From IMG/VR virus record IMGVR_UViG_3300007609_000010, positions 18,492 to 82,491 of that record: 64,000 nt of DNA; one strand, 5' to 3'. Both the position numbers and the translations under genes were made by a program. Shown in pieces: positions 21,713-31,373 of the stretch (position 1 is the first letter of the stretch; every line of letters starts with the position of its first letter). Under the pieces are notes generated by a model, which made no database searches, was not told where the DNA came from, and worked only from the letters and a program-made list of their open reading frames with translations. The DNA comes from a virus.

Positions 21713-23611
21713 ATGAGTTATCAACTTAACAAAACAGACGGTAGTATATTAGTAGACCTCATAGATGGAAAGATAGATACTTCCAGTACTAACTTGGCAT
21801 TGGTTGGTAGAGGTTACAGAGGGTACGGCGAAGTATTCAACGAAAACTTTATTAAACTATTAGAAAATTTTGCCAACACTGCCGCACCTAGCAATCCGCT
21901 AGCTGGACAGATATGGTGGGACACTGCTACAGACAAGCTAAAAATTTATACAGGAACCCAGTGGAAGTCGAACGCAGAACCTTATGTTCAGGCAACTGAG
22001 CCCTCAGAATTATTAAACGGAGAATTTTGGTTTAACAATAGAGATAAGCAACTATTCTTTTCGGATGGAGGAAATCCAGTCTTAATTGGACCTAGCTATA
22101 CAACTAGCCAAGGTAAAAGTGGCCTGTTTATTGAAAACATTACCAGTATTGATGCTCGAACTTTTCCTGTTGTCAAGCTGTTTATAGGCGGAATTGCAGT
22201 AGGAGTATTCAGTGACAACGAATTTACTCCTGATGTAACACAGCGTGTTGAAGAATTAGTTACAGATCAAAACCCGCAGGGTATTATATTCAAAGGTTTT
22301 AACGTTTTTGATAAAGATAATTTCCGTTATGTAGGCACAGCTGAAAGTGCAACCAAAATACTACAAGCAGACGGAACATTTGTAACAGCAGATCAAATTG
22401 TGCGTGCAGACCAGAATACTTTAACGACTGGTAACTTTGAAGTTCGTAATCAAAATGGCATTGTGTTTTCAACACCTGCCAGCACGTATGTAAATATGCG
22501 TCCACAGGGTGCAAATTTCTTTATTGAAAACCAATTAGCAAACTCTGATCTTGCATTACGAGTGAGATCTTCAGCCTTTCAAGGCAGCATAGTCAACGGT
22601 ATATATATTGATGCCAGCGAAGGTAGAGTGGGAATATTTAACAACAATCGTCTGCCAGCATATACTATGGACGTTGAAGGCGACATGCGAGTGACAGGCA
22701 ACTTACTGGTAGAAGGTGAGCAGTTATCTGTGGAAGTAACAACCTTGCAGGTATTAGACAAAAGTATTAAACTTGCTGTTACAGCAGACGGCGATGCAGA
22801 AGATGACGCTGTGGCCGCAGGCGGTGGTGTCATTCTTAGATCTGACGATGGCGATAAGACTATTACATGGGAACTTCCTACAAATTCATGGACATTTAAC
22901 AAAAGCGTTGATTTAAGCGATGCTGGCACTCACTTGTCTATTGCAGGGAGCACAAAGCTTACTGACAATACTTTAGAAAACATTGCATTTGCCGAAGACC
23001 TAGTTCGGATAGGAACATTAGAATTTCTAAATGTAGATGCTTTAACCCTAGACGGCAACAAGATTTCTGCCGCAACTACTATGACTGTTGAGTCTAATGC
23101 CGCAGACGGTAACGGCTTCAGTTTGTTCTTAGATCTAGCAGGAAACGTAAGATTTACAACTCCTAGACAGATTAAAAATGTTTTAGAACCAGAGCTAGCA
23201 GGCGACGTATCAAATAAAAAGTATGTTGATGACAGTATTCTGCAAAGTCCTATCGTTTTAACATTTGATGTAACAGGGTTAGATGTCCAAGCAGGATTCT
23301 TACAGACACTGGCAGGATTCATTGACGATCTTGTTCCGGCTGATGCTGAAAATATCGGAAAAATAGCAAGAATTCATACTTACAGCTATTCAGATGTTGA
23401 GATTAATATCGAAGCGGCTAAAAATGTTTCCACGGTGGCTGTAGATGCTAATGGTACACTAAATCAACCAGTTGTGCGAGACATTGCATTTAGTAATATT
23501 CAATTTGCTAATCCAGACAGACAATTACTAGAATATCGAGTAGAACTGGTAGATCCAGGAACAGGAATACCGATTCCTCAGTGGACGCACCAAGACACAA
23601 CTAGTTACTAA
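21713..23611 (+). CDS. Tail fibre-like structural protein (paralogue)
   Basis: Shares the N-terminal domain (GYGE..NENF..LLENFA...P.NPL.GQ.W.DT) with 19367 and 23650; fibre motif DVSNKKYVD. Confidence 0.7.
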   Translation: MSYQLNKTDGSILVDLIDGKIDTSSTNLALVGRGYRGYGEVFNENFIKLLENFANTAAPSNPLAGQIWWDTATDKLKIYTGTQWKSNAEPYVQATEPSELLNGEFWFNNRDKQLFFSDGGNPVLIGPSYTTSQGKSGLFIENITSIDARTFPVVKLFIGGIAVGVFSDNEFTPDVTQRVEELVTDQNPQGIIFKGFNVFDKDNFRYVGTAESATKILQADGTFVTADQIVRADQNTLTTGNFEVRNQNGIVFSTPASTYVNMRPQGANFFIENQLANSDLALRVRSSAFQGSIVNGIYIDASEGRVGIFNNNRLPAYTMDVEGDMRVTGNLLVEGEQLSVEVTTLQVLDKSIKLAVTADGDAEDDAVAAGGGVILRSDDGDKTITWELPTNSWTFNKSVDLSDAGTHLSIAGSTKLTDNTLENIAFAEDLVRIGTLEFLNVDALTLDGNKISAATTMTVESNAADGNGFSLFLDLAGNVRFTTPRQIKNVLEPELAGDVSNKKYVDDSILQSPIVLTFDVTGLDVQAGFLQTLAGFIDDLVPADAENIGKIARIHTYSYSDVEINIEAAKNVSTVAVDANGTLNQPVVRDIAFSNIQFANPDRQLLEYRVELVDPGTGIPIPQWTHQDTTSY

Positions 23612-23615
23612 TAAG

Positions 23616-23622
23616 ATAAATA
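23616..23622 (+). promoter_or_regulatory. T4-late-like promoter motif (ATAAATA)
   Basis: Intergenic, upstream of the AGGGG RBS of 23650. Confidence 0.6.
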
Positions 23623-23649
23623 TACTATACAACAGGGGTTTAAAACAAA

Positions 23650-25179
23650 ATGGCTTATCAAATTGATAGATTCGACAATTCATTGCTAGCAGTTGTAGAA
23701 GACGGAACGCTTGATCAAACCACTAACCTTAAGCTAATTGGTAAAAATTATGCAGGTTATGGCGAAATTCAAAATGAAAATTTTCTTTTTCTTTTAGAAA
23801 ATTTTGCAGGCGGCAATCCTCCTACACGAGCAATTAGAGGGCAAGTGTGGTATGATACTACACAAAATAAATTAAAATATTTTGTAGCAGAAGATGCCGC
23901 GGCACCTGGTATAGGATATTGGAAAAGCACAGGCGGATCATCTGTATCTGCTACAGAGCCAACTGGTCTGTCAGAAGGAGATTTCTGGTGGGATAGTGTA
24001 AACGGACAACTGTATGTTCTTGATGCTGCAGGTAATTTTGTTCTTGTAGGACCGCAAACAGCGGGCACCGGTGTCACTAGCATGATCAGTGACGAAGTTC
24101 AGGACAGTGTAGGCACAGTGCGCAGTATTATCAAAGCTGTAGTAAATGACGAAGTTGTATACATTATTAGCCCTAGTGAGTTTACCTTAAACGAATTAAC
24201 CCCTATTCCAGGTTACGATAGAATTAGAAAAGGTCTTACTTTAAAGTGGACTAAAATTCTTGACAATGGCGTAACCAACAGAATCAATGAAACAGATAAA
24301 GATTTTGAATTCCACGGAACTGCATCTAATGCAGAAAAACTAGGCGGAGTTGATGCAAATCAATATGTTCTAAAGAATGCAGTAAGCTTTACTGGTGCTG
24401 TAAATTTTGAGGATGCTGGCCTTACTGTAGGTGACGGCAATGATTTGCGCATTTATGTTGAAAATGATAATAAAGCTGTTCTAGAAAATCAAACTGGCGC
24501 CAGTAGTGAAATCAGAGTTAAAACTACAAATACATCTGGTGTAACTGTTCATACATTTACGTTTGATAATAATGGGTTAATTCCTAATGCAGATAACGCA
24601 GTTGATCTTGGCGCATCTGGCAAGCGTGTAAAAGATATTTATGCAGTAAGATTGCGTGGCGAAGCAGACCAAACTCAATTCTTAAAGACTGCTAATGCAG
24701 ATACTGCAACAAATGGATATCTGCCAGGCGATGTACAGGCATTAGCGAACACAGTAGCTGCAAGAGACGGCGACGGCAATATAAGAGCAAATTTATTTGT
24801 AGGTACAGCTACCCAAGCACGGTTTGCTGACTTAGCAGAAAATTACACCACGGGCGAGGAATTGCCAGTCGGAACAGCAGTAGCAGTGTGCAGTCATCTA
24901 GATCACGAAGTTCATCCTGCAAAAGCGAGTGATCTATGTGTTGGTGTTATCTCTGCACACCCTGCATATTTAATGAACGCAGAAGCAGAAGGGCAAGCAG
25001 TTGGTTTAAAAGGTCGTGTACCAGTAAGGGTAAACGGACCCGTTTCAAAAGGTATGGCAGTTTATGCATACGAAAACGGCGTGTGTTCTACTATAGCAAG
25101 CGCCGCTTTAGTAGGAATAGCATTGGAGACAAATCAAGACGAGGGCGAAAAACTAGTAGAATGCATACTTAAAGTATAA
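23650..25179 (+). CDS. Tail fibre-like protein with probable C-terminal intramolecular chaperone (peptidase G2-like) domain
   Basis: Same N-terminal domain as the two preceding genes. C-terminal 'FADLAENY...VGVISAHPAYLMN...VGLKGRVPVRVNG' fits autocleaving chaperone domains. Confidence 0.7.
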   Translation: MAYQIDRFDNSLLAVVEDGTLDQTTNLKLIGKNYAGYGEIQNENFLFLLENFAGGNPPTRAIRGQVWYDTTQNKLKYFVAEDAAAPGIGYWKSTGGSSVSATEPTGLSEGDFWWDSVNGQLYVLDAAGNFVLVGPQTAGTGVTSMISDEVQDSVGTVRSIIKAVVNDEVVYIISPSEFTLNELTPIPGYDRIRKGLTLKWTKILDNGVTNRINETDKDFEFHGTASNAEKLGGVDANQYVLKNAVSFTGAVNFEDAGLTVGDGNDLRIYVENDNKAVLENQTGASSEIRVKTTNTSGVTVHTFTFDNNGLIPNADNAVDLGASGKRVKDIYAVRLRGEADQTQFLKTANADTATNGYLPGDVQALANTVAARDGDGNIRANLFVGTATQARFADLAENYTTGEELPVGTAVAVCSHLDHEVHPAKASDLCVGVISAHPAYLMNAEAEGQAVGLKGRVPVRVNGPVSKGMAVYAYENGVCSTIASAALVGIALETNQDEGEKLVECILKV

Positions 25180-25189
25180 GGAATAGTTT

Positions 25190-26269
25190 ATGGCCGTCGG
25201 AGATTTAGTTACAGCATCAAGGTTTAACCTTCTACAGAATAGAATCGCAGGAATTCTAGGCTTTGGAGCAGGGTCGAACGGTTATGGCCAAGGATTGTCA
25301 GGTTATGGAGGAGCTGTAGCCAGTGCAGAAGTATCAAATATCACAGATACTCTAAATAATACTATTACTGCGCAGAATATTAATGATCTTTATATTGATC
25401 TACTTAGAGCTCGTATCCATCAAATTGGAACTGCTAATGTAGAAATAAAGCAAATTGTTGATAATTTGCTTACAGATGATAGAGACGTTTTACTTAAAAA
25501 AGATCTTAACACTGTTGCTGAGGAAACAAGTGTGTTTGTCGATCAACAAGGCAACGAAAGTGTAGATCCTTTAGGAAATTTCAAAGGCTTTGCAGATTTT
25601 GAAGCACTAATGGATCGTGTAGAAAGTAACAAGTTTGTTATGCATTCTACACAAGGACAATACGATCAAGGTGCTGAGAGCGTTAGAACAGCTACATGGA
25701 ACACACAAGTGGCTCATGAAGTTAAAGTTACTTTTAGAAATGCAGACCATAGACGACATTTTTTCAATTCCGGTGGTGAAATTAGATTGAATCCAACTTT
25801 GGACAATCCTCTTAACTCAAAAGCAGATGACTGGGCAGGGCTCTTGTATACTGCAGGCGTTATTATCTTTAATTATAATGGAACCCGTAAAAAAGAAGTG
25901 AGTGCATCTGTATATGGCTCACTATATTCGCAAATAATTCCGCCGCAGGAGTTTGGTGTGGGAAATTTGTCAGTAAACAGCAGTTATCAACTTTGTTTCA
26001 GAAAAACCAGTAATTCTATCAACGACGCAGGAATTTATTCAAGTAATGCACTAGAAATATATGCTAAAGAAAACAGCGATAGAGAGTTACAATTTAGAAT
26101 TTTACTTAATGATTCGTCTGCAGATCCTATTATTGATAACTTAGTGCAAGGAACAGTTACAAGCAGAATCGGACACTTCCGTGCAAAAGGCAATTTTACC
26201 CAAAGTGACGACCTTTTCCTTAATATTGAAGTTCCTCCCCCACTTTATCAAAATGTTTCAAACCTGTAA
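25190..26269 (+). CDS. Putative virion structural protein
   Basis: 359 aa with AAGGA RBS; paralogous to 26315 (VTA..FN.LQ.RIA.ILG, LYIDL.RAR.HQIG, HFFN.GGEIR). Confidence 0.6.
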   Translation: MAVGDLVTASRFNLLQNRIAGILGFGAGSNGYGQGLSGYGGAVASAEVSNITDTLNNTITAQNINDLYIDLLRARIHQIGTANVEIKQIVDNLLTDDRDVLLKKDLNTVAEETSVFVDQQGNESVDPLGNFKGFADFEALMDRVESNKFVMHSTQGQYDQGAESVRTATWNTQVAHEVKVTFRNADHRRHFFNSGGEIRLNPTLDNPLNSKADDWAGLLYTAGVIIFNYNGTRKKEVSASVYGSLYSQIIPPQEFGVGNLSVNSSYQLCFRKTSNSINDAGIYSSNALEIYAKENSDRELQFRILLNDSSADPIIDNLVQGTVTSRIGHFRAKGNFTQSDDLFLNIEVPPPLYQNVSNL

Positions 26270-26288
26270 TCTTTGGTAGTTATTTCTT

Positions 26289-26296
26289 TATAAATA
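26289..26296 (+). promoter_or_regulatory. T4 late promoter consensus TATAAATA inside an RBS-overlapping inverted repeat
   Basis: Exact TATAAATA. Flanking arms CTTTGGTAGTTATTT (26271-26285) and AAATAAATTACCAAAG (26292-26307). Confidence 0.7.
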
Positions 26297-26314
26297 AATT
26301 ACCAAAGGAATTTT

Positions 26315-27778
26315 ATGAGCCAGCGTGTCACTGCACAAAAATATAATAATCTCCAACAGCGAATTGCCGCAATTTTAGGAAATTCGTCGGGCTCTACACC
26401 TCTTACAGGATATGGGCAAAATGTTGAAAGTACCGTGCATTACCCAGTTCAAGCTGATGTATCTAAAATAACTGCTAATCAATATAGAGATTTATATATA
26501 GATTTAGTTAGAGCAAGAGTCCATCAGATTGGATCTTCTAATTTTAACATAGACGACTTTGTATCTAACACGGCTAAAGGAATTAGCAGGGCAGATAAAG
26601 TTGAACTTTCATATATAAACAGTTTAGAAAGTTTAATGACAACCATAGAAAATGATAAATTCGATGTGCACGGTACACAGATTAATTTAGAATTATTTGA
26701 TCCTTTAGGGCGGGGATACACTGACAGACGAGTTAGTAGCTGGAACACTGAAATTACTCAAGTATTCAGAATATCGTGGGGATCAACATCGGCTAGAAAT
26801 CATTTCTTTAACGCAGGCGGCGAAATTAGAATGCAAATATCGCTTACAAACGGTTCTGGTGGTAAAGCTAGTGATTGGGCAAACTTGTTTCAAACAGCCG
26901 GAACAGTCCGTTTTGCTCAAAATCAAGTATTTGCATCTAGCGGGCTGACAAGCCTAACCGGTAACAGAGTCCTTACACAATTGTCGCCTGGATTTCATAC
27001 AATATATAGTAAAAGGAGTAATTCTGTAAGCAACAGCGGAGCGTATTCCCAAAATATCATGAGAATTAATGCACGCAATATAAATTCCGCTACTATTGAA
27101 TTTGAGCTAATATTTAATGACCTCGCCGGCGACAACAATATTGATAATTTAGTCATAGGAACAGTATCTACTTCTATACAAAGTGCAACTCCATTTGGCT
27201 CGGTTGTAATAGACGGTCAATCTTATCCTACTGTGCAATTGCCTGCACCGATCTATAGTGGTATCACTAGTATAAGCGATGGCACTGCAACTATAGAAAC
27301 CCCACCGCCTGCACCGGTATATGATCCTGCAGGAACATTTTTGGGTGATTTTTGTCAAGGATTTGATTTAGTAGGTACATATGCAGACGGCTCTGGCGGA
27401 ACATATACGCAGACTATCGAATCTAACAGTGCTAGTTGTGGTTACGAACCCCCTTGCCAAAATCCACCTAACATCACTGCTTCAAGAGGTACTTACGCAC
27501 AAGACAGCAGAATTATTTGGAGCAATGGAAGAGATTCGGGTTATTTAGACATGCTGATTACTCCTTTTGATAGTCGAGGCGCCACAATAAAAGGATGGTA
27601 CTTGACTTATTTAGGACGTGATGCCGACTGGGATGGTTGGAATTATTGGTATGACGAATGGGATATATACGGCGAAAGCGGCACCTTAACAGCGTTCTTA
27701 AATGCGGTGGCAATAGAACAGCAGTACGGCACTCCTACAGTATATACCTACTGTGAGTATCAAGATCTCATATCATAA
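26315..27778 (+). CDS. Putative virion structural protein with C-terminal extension (DUF4214-like motif)
   Basis: Paralogue of 25190 plus a Pro-rich linker, a small Cys-containing module and 'WYLTYLGRDADWDGWNYW'. Confidence 0.6.
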   Translation: MSQRVTAQKYNNLQQRIAAILGNSSGSTPLTGYGQNVESTVHYPVQADVSKITANQYRDLYIDLVRARVHQIGSSNFNIDDFVSNTAKGISRADKVELSYINSLESLMTTIENDKFDVHGTQINLELFDPLGRGYTDRRVSSWNTEITQVFRISWGSTSARNHFFNAGGEIRMQISLTNGSGGKASDWANLFQTAGTVRFAQNQVFASSGLTSLTGNRVLTQLSPGFHTIYSKRSNSVSNSGAYSQNIMRINARNINSATIEFELIFNDLAGDNNIDNLVIGTVSTSIQSATPFGSVVIDGQSYPTVQLPAPIYSGITSISDGTATIETPPPAPVYDPAGTFLGDFCQGFDLVGTYADGSGGTYTQTIESNSASCGYEPPCQNPPNITASRGTYAQDSRIIWSNGRDSGYLDMLITPFDSRGATIKGWYLTYLGRDADWDGWNYWYDEWDIYGESGTLTAFLNAVAIEQQYGTPTVYTYCEYQDLIS

Positions 27779-27779
27779 T

Positions 27780-27808
27780 TTGACATTTAATGTTTTGTTT
27801 GCTATAAT
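27780..27808 (+). promoter_or_regulatory. Consensus sigma70 promoter
   Basis: TTGACA (27780-27785), 17-bp spacer, TATAAT (27803-27808) with an extended -10 TG, followed by the AGGAG RBS of 27833. Confidence 0.85.
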
Positions 27809-27832
27809 TAATTATAATTATAGGAGACTAAA

Positions 27833-28183
27833 ATGGACGAACGTCTATCAAAAGCGTTAGAGTTTGCAAACTACTCAGTCACAATTAATAATCAAAAAAG
27901 AATTCTAAAAGAAAAGTTTTTTGAAGATCTTGTATACTTTATTCAAGGAAGTCAATTCACAATTACCAAAGAACTAATTAACTTTGTGTCCTTTCTAGTG
28001 GAAAAAGGATACACCCAAGATATTGTGTTGGTCGACGACAATGATCTTCCTACATCAATTAAGGACCTAGAAGACTTTCAGGATAATATTCTTGATCAAT
28101 ATTTCCAAGCATCAAACACATACCACGAAAAGTATTTAGAATTATCAAAAAAAAGAAGCGTAGAGAAATTAGTAGATGAGTAA
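27833..28183 (+). CDS. Hypothetical protein, first gene of the enzyme island
   Basis: 116 aa, strong AGGAG RBS, overlaps the start of the next gene. Confidence 0.75.
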   Translation: MDERLSKALEFANYSVTINNQKRILKEKFFEDLVYFIQGSQFTITKELINFVSFLVEKGYTQDIVLVDDNDLPTSIKDLEDFQDNILDQYFQASNTYHEKYLELSKKRSVEKLVDE

Positions 28184-29021
28184 GGGTGTAGTCCTAATAG
28201 CTAATAATAATGGACATATAGACTACGTTAAGCAAGCAGTCTTTCTGTCACATCGAGTAAAACAATATTTAAATCTTCCTGTAACAGTTATTACAGACTC
28301 GCCAAATTATCTAAAAAATAATTTCGACACAGATCATCTCGACCAAATAATCACAATAGATTACAAAGAAACTACTAATAAGCGGTTCTACTTCGACGGA
28401 GCAATGTCGCATAAAACTCTACAATTTAAAAATCAATCAAGAACATTGTGTTACTTCCTGTCGCCCTATGATAAAACTTTGGTAATGGATACTGATTATA
28501 TTATATGCAATGACGTTTTGTTAAAATGTTTTGACAGCAACAGTGATTTAATGTTGTATAGAAAGTCTTACGATATATCTAACATTCGAGACACACATGA
28601 ATTTAAATATGTTAGTGATCAAAGCATAATATTTTATTGGGCTACAGTATTATATTTTACAAAAAACAGTAAGAATGATGCATTTTTTGGGTTAATTGAC
28701 CATATTCAAGAAGAATGGCATCATTATAGAAAAACATATCAAATTTCAAACTCGATGTTTAGAAATGATTTTGCATTCAGTATTGCTTTGCATATTATGA
28801 GAGGGTTTGAAAACAGCACAGAAATTGCCGACGAACTCCCAGGCAAACACTTCTATACCGCCGATAAAGATATTTTGTGGAAATTAAATGATGATAAAAT
28901 GATGTTCCTGGTAGAAAAGAAAGATTATGTTGGGGAATATACTCCAGTCTCGACCCAAGGTATGAACGTGCATGTTATGAATAAGTTTAGTTTAGAAAGA
29001 TGTATGGGGAACGTTAAATGA
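28176..29021 (+). CDS. Putative GT-A fold glycosyltransferase (GT8-like)
   Basis: 'DYVKQAVFL', 'SPYDKTLVMDTDY' (DxD), 'YWATVLYFTK', 'FRNDFAFSIA', 'HVMNK'. Confidence 0.65.
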   Translation: MSKGVVLIANNNGHIDYVKQAVFLSHRVKQYLNLPVTVITDSPNYLKNNFDTDHLDQIITIDYKETTNKRFYFDGAMSHKTLQFKNQSRTLCYFLSPYDKTLVMDTDYIICNDVLLKCFDSNSDLMLYRKSYDISNIRDTHEFKYVSDQSIIFYWATVLYFTKNSKNDAFFGLIDHIQEEWHHYRKTYQISNSMFRNDFAFSIALHIMRGFENSTEIADELPGKHFYTADKDILWKLNDDKMMFLVEKKDYVGEYTPVSTQGMNVHVMNKFSLERCMGNVK

Positions 29022-30433
29022 GTAGAGGTTTTTTGGTACTAGCACAAAATAGTGTTAACAAAGATTTCAACATTAAACCAGTGCATTACCTAAATGAAGA
29101 GTACACTGGAGTTTTTGTAGATGTTTGGTATAAAGAACTAGCACACACAAAAGGACAACATGTTTATTATAACGGAACTGTTTATAAAGTTAAGGAAACC
29201 TGTTTACCAAATACCGATTTTGACAAAAGTAAGTACGAAATATTAGTAAAAGACGTGAGACTTATTGATGATAAAAATAAACAGTTAGAATTTCATCGAG
29301 CATTCAAGGACGACATTGTACTAGATAATAATAAATTATATTCAGTACAAAAAGTAGATGACGAAGTTGATTACGCTCTTACTCCAATACATGAAGATAA
29401 ACACATTGATATTTGGTACAAAGACACAGAATATGAAAAAGGATCTTTTGTATGGTGCAATAACACTGTATATGAATTATTAGAATCTGTAAAGGGCGAT
29501 ACAGCACTTTCACAAGTTCACAAGAAAGTTGCGCATGAAAATATTTTGTTATATGCCGACAATAATAAATCCTTATTTTTTTCAGATCCGAGGAAAAGTG
29601 CAACAGTATTGTATTATAATAAATTAAATATTCTTACCCCAGTTTGTGTAGAAAACTACGTGCAACAAGCATGTCTTCTAGCCAGCACGTTAAAAAAACA
29701 TTGTCCCGAAGAAAAAATATCAATTGTTACAAATGACGAAGTTCCTCCTAAACAAAAAAAATTGTTTGATAGGATAATTCCTATCCCATTCGGTGACGAC
29801 GCAACTGAGTCTGCTTGGAAGGTCGAAAACAGATGGAAACTCTATCATTGTAGTCCGTACGAAAAAACCATAGTTATGGATTCAGATATGATAATATTAG
29901 AAGATATAACTAGGTGGTGGAAGTATTTAGAAAAGTATAAGTTATTCTTTACGTCTAACGTACAAACATATAGACAAGAAACTGTGCAAGATAATTATTA
30001 TAGAAAAACATTTATAAAAAATAATCTTCCTAACATTTATACTGGTTTGCATTATTTTGAAAAATCCGAGCTTCCAGAAAGATTTTATAACTATTTGGAG
30101 ACTGTTTGCAAGAATTGGGAAGAATTTTATTCTAAGTTCCTACCTAACAACACTCCTCCCAGATTGAGTATAGATGTTGCATCTGCACTAGTAGTAAAAA
30201 TACTAGATATAGAAAATCAAGTTACATCTACAAATTCAAATGTCACTTTTACACATATGAAGTCATTTGTGCAGAATTGGAGATCACCTACAGAAAGCTG
30301 GCAACAATCGGTATCTGTGTACATACCGGAAAATCTTCAGCTTAAAATAGGAAATTATGTGCAACGTGGGGTATTGCATTATACAGAAAATAGTTTTGTA
30401 AACAACAGCGGTATTGAAAATTTATATGGATAG
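29018..30433 (+). CDS. Putative GT8-like glycosyltransferase with a ~200-aa inserted tandem repeat
   Basis: 'ENRWKLYHCSPYEKTIVMDSDM' (DxD), 'FTHMK', 'LHYTE'; paralogue of 28176 with two CBM-like repeats inserted near the N-terminus. Confidence 0.7.
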   Translation: MSRGFLVLAQNSVNKDFNIKPVHYLNEEYTGVFVDVWYKELAHTKGQHVYYNGTVYKVKETCLPNTDFDKSKYEILVKDVRLIDDKNKQLEFHRAFKDDIVLDNNKLYSVQKVDDEVDYALTPIHEDKHIDIWYKDTEYEKGSFVWCNNTVYELLESVKGDTALSQVHKKVAHENILLYADNNKSLFFSDPRKSATVLYYNKLNILTPVCVENYVQQACLLASTLKKHCPEEKISIVTNDEVPPKQKKLFDRIIPIPFGDDATESAWKVENRWKLYHCSPYEKTIVMDSDMIILEDITRWWKYLEKYKLFFTSNVQTYRQETVQDNYYRKTFIKNNLPNIYTGLHYFEKSELPERFYNYLETVCKNWEEFYSKFLPNNTPPRLSIDVASALVVKILDIENQVTSTNSNVTFTHMKSFVQNWRSPTESWQQSVSVYIPENLQLKIGNYVQRGVLHYTENSFVNNSGIENLYG

Positions 30434-31373
30434 TCTTAAGTCGGTTCTTGAAACCATTAGTAAAAGCATTAATAAAACAAATATAAATTTTGTTTATTAT
30501 GATAACAACACTGGTGAAATAAAGCGTATCACAAATAACTATGAAGAAACTGATGATCTTGTTTGTATAGAAGTTCCGCATGATACTGTTAAAGATATAA
30601 TTACTGGATTACATAGAATCGAAGATTATGTTGTATCCTACGACAAGGAAACTAAAAGCGTATCTGTAAAACACAAAGACGTAATTAAAGACAAAGTAAA
30701 TTATTTCTTTCAAGTTCAAAAGCAGACAATCAATAAAAACGATTATGAAAGACACGTAAAAAACAAAGATAATGTGTATGATGGACAGATTCCTATCTAT
30801 CAGGATATATTTGTTGATGTTTGGTATAATGAACTTGAACATTATGCAGGACAACATGTTTGGTATAATAATTCTGTTTATAAAATTAAACAATATCAAG
30901 AAGCAAACACGGACTTTAAACGATCAAATGCTGATGTACTTTTAGAATACGTAAAACTCTTTAATGATAAAAATAATGATTTGTTTTTTGACAAAAACAT
31001 AGAAGGTGGTGATAAGTTCCTTTCTTTTAACAAGTTGTATCTATATAAACAAAGTCTTCTTGACACCGATGTTGACATGTTAATTATTCAGCATTTACAA
31101 GATTCAAAATGGAAAATATTTTTGTCTGAAAAAGTATTCAAAACATTGAAAGAGTTATATCGATCTGAAAATAGCTATGAGATGAAGTTGAGTATAACAG
31201 CTAATAATGATCCGAATATTCTTTATAGGAGTTTAGAACTAAATGTAAACGACTTGATAGTTTCAAAAATAGTCGAAATACCATTCGAATATGACTGGGA
31301 AAAGAATGGAAAAAGTGTAAGTATATTTGTTGACAAATATTTTGATTCGTACTTCTATGGAGTTGTTCAGTGA
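30426..31373 (+). CDS. Hypothetical protein carrying one copy of the CBM-like repeat
   Basis: Likely start is ATG 30426, overlapping the upstream stop. 'VDVWYNELEHYAGQHVWYNNSVYKIK' matches the repeats in 29018. Confidence 0.65.
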   Translation: MDSLKSVLETISKSINKTNINFVYYDNNTGEIKRITNNYEETDDLVCIEVPHDTVKDIITGLHRIEDYVVSYDKETKSVSVKHKDVIKDKVNYFFQVQKQTINKNDYERHVKNKDNVYDGQIPIYQDIFVDVWYNELEHYAGQHVWYNNSVYKIKQYQEANTDFKRSNADVLLEYVKLFNDKNNDLFFDKNIEGGDKFLSFNKLYLYKQSLLDTDVDMLIIQHLQDSKWKIFLSEKVFKTLKELYRSENSYEMKLSITANNDPNILYRSLELNVNDLIVSKIVEIPFEYDWEKNGKSVSIFVDKYFDSYFYGVVQ

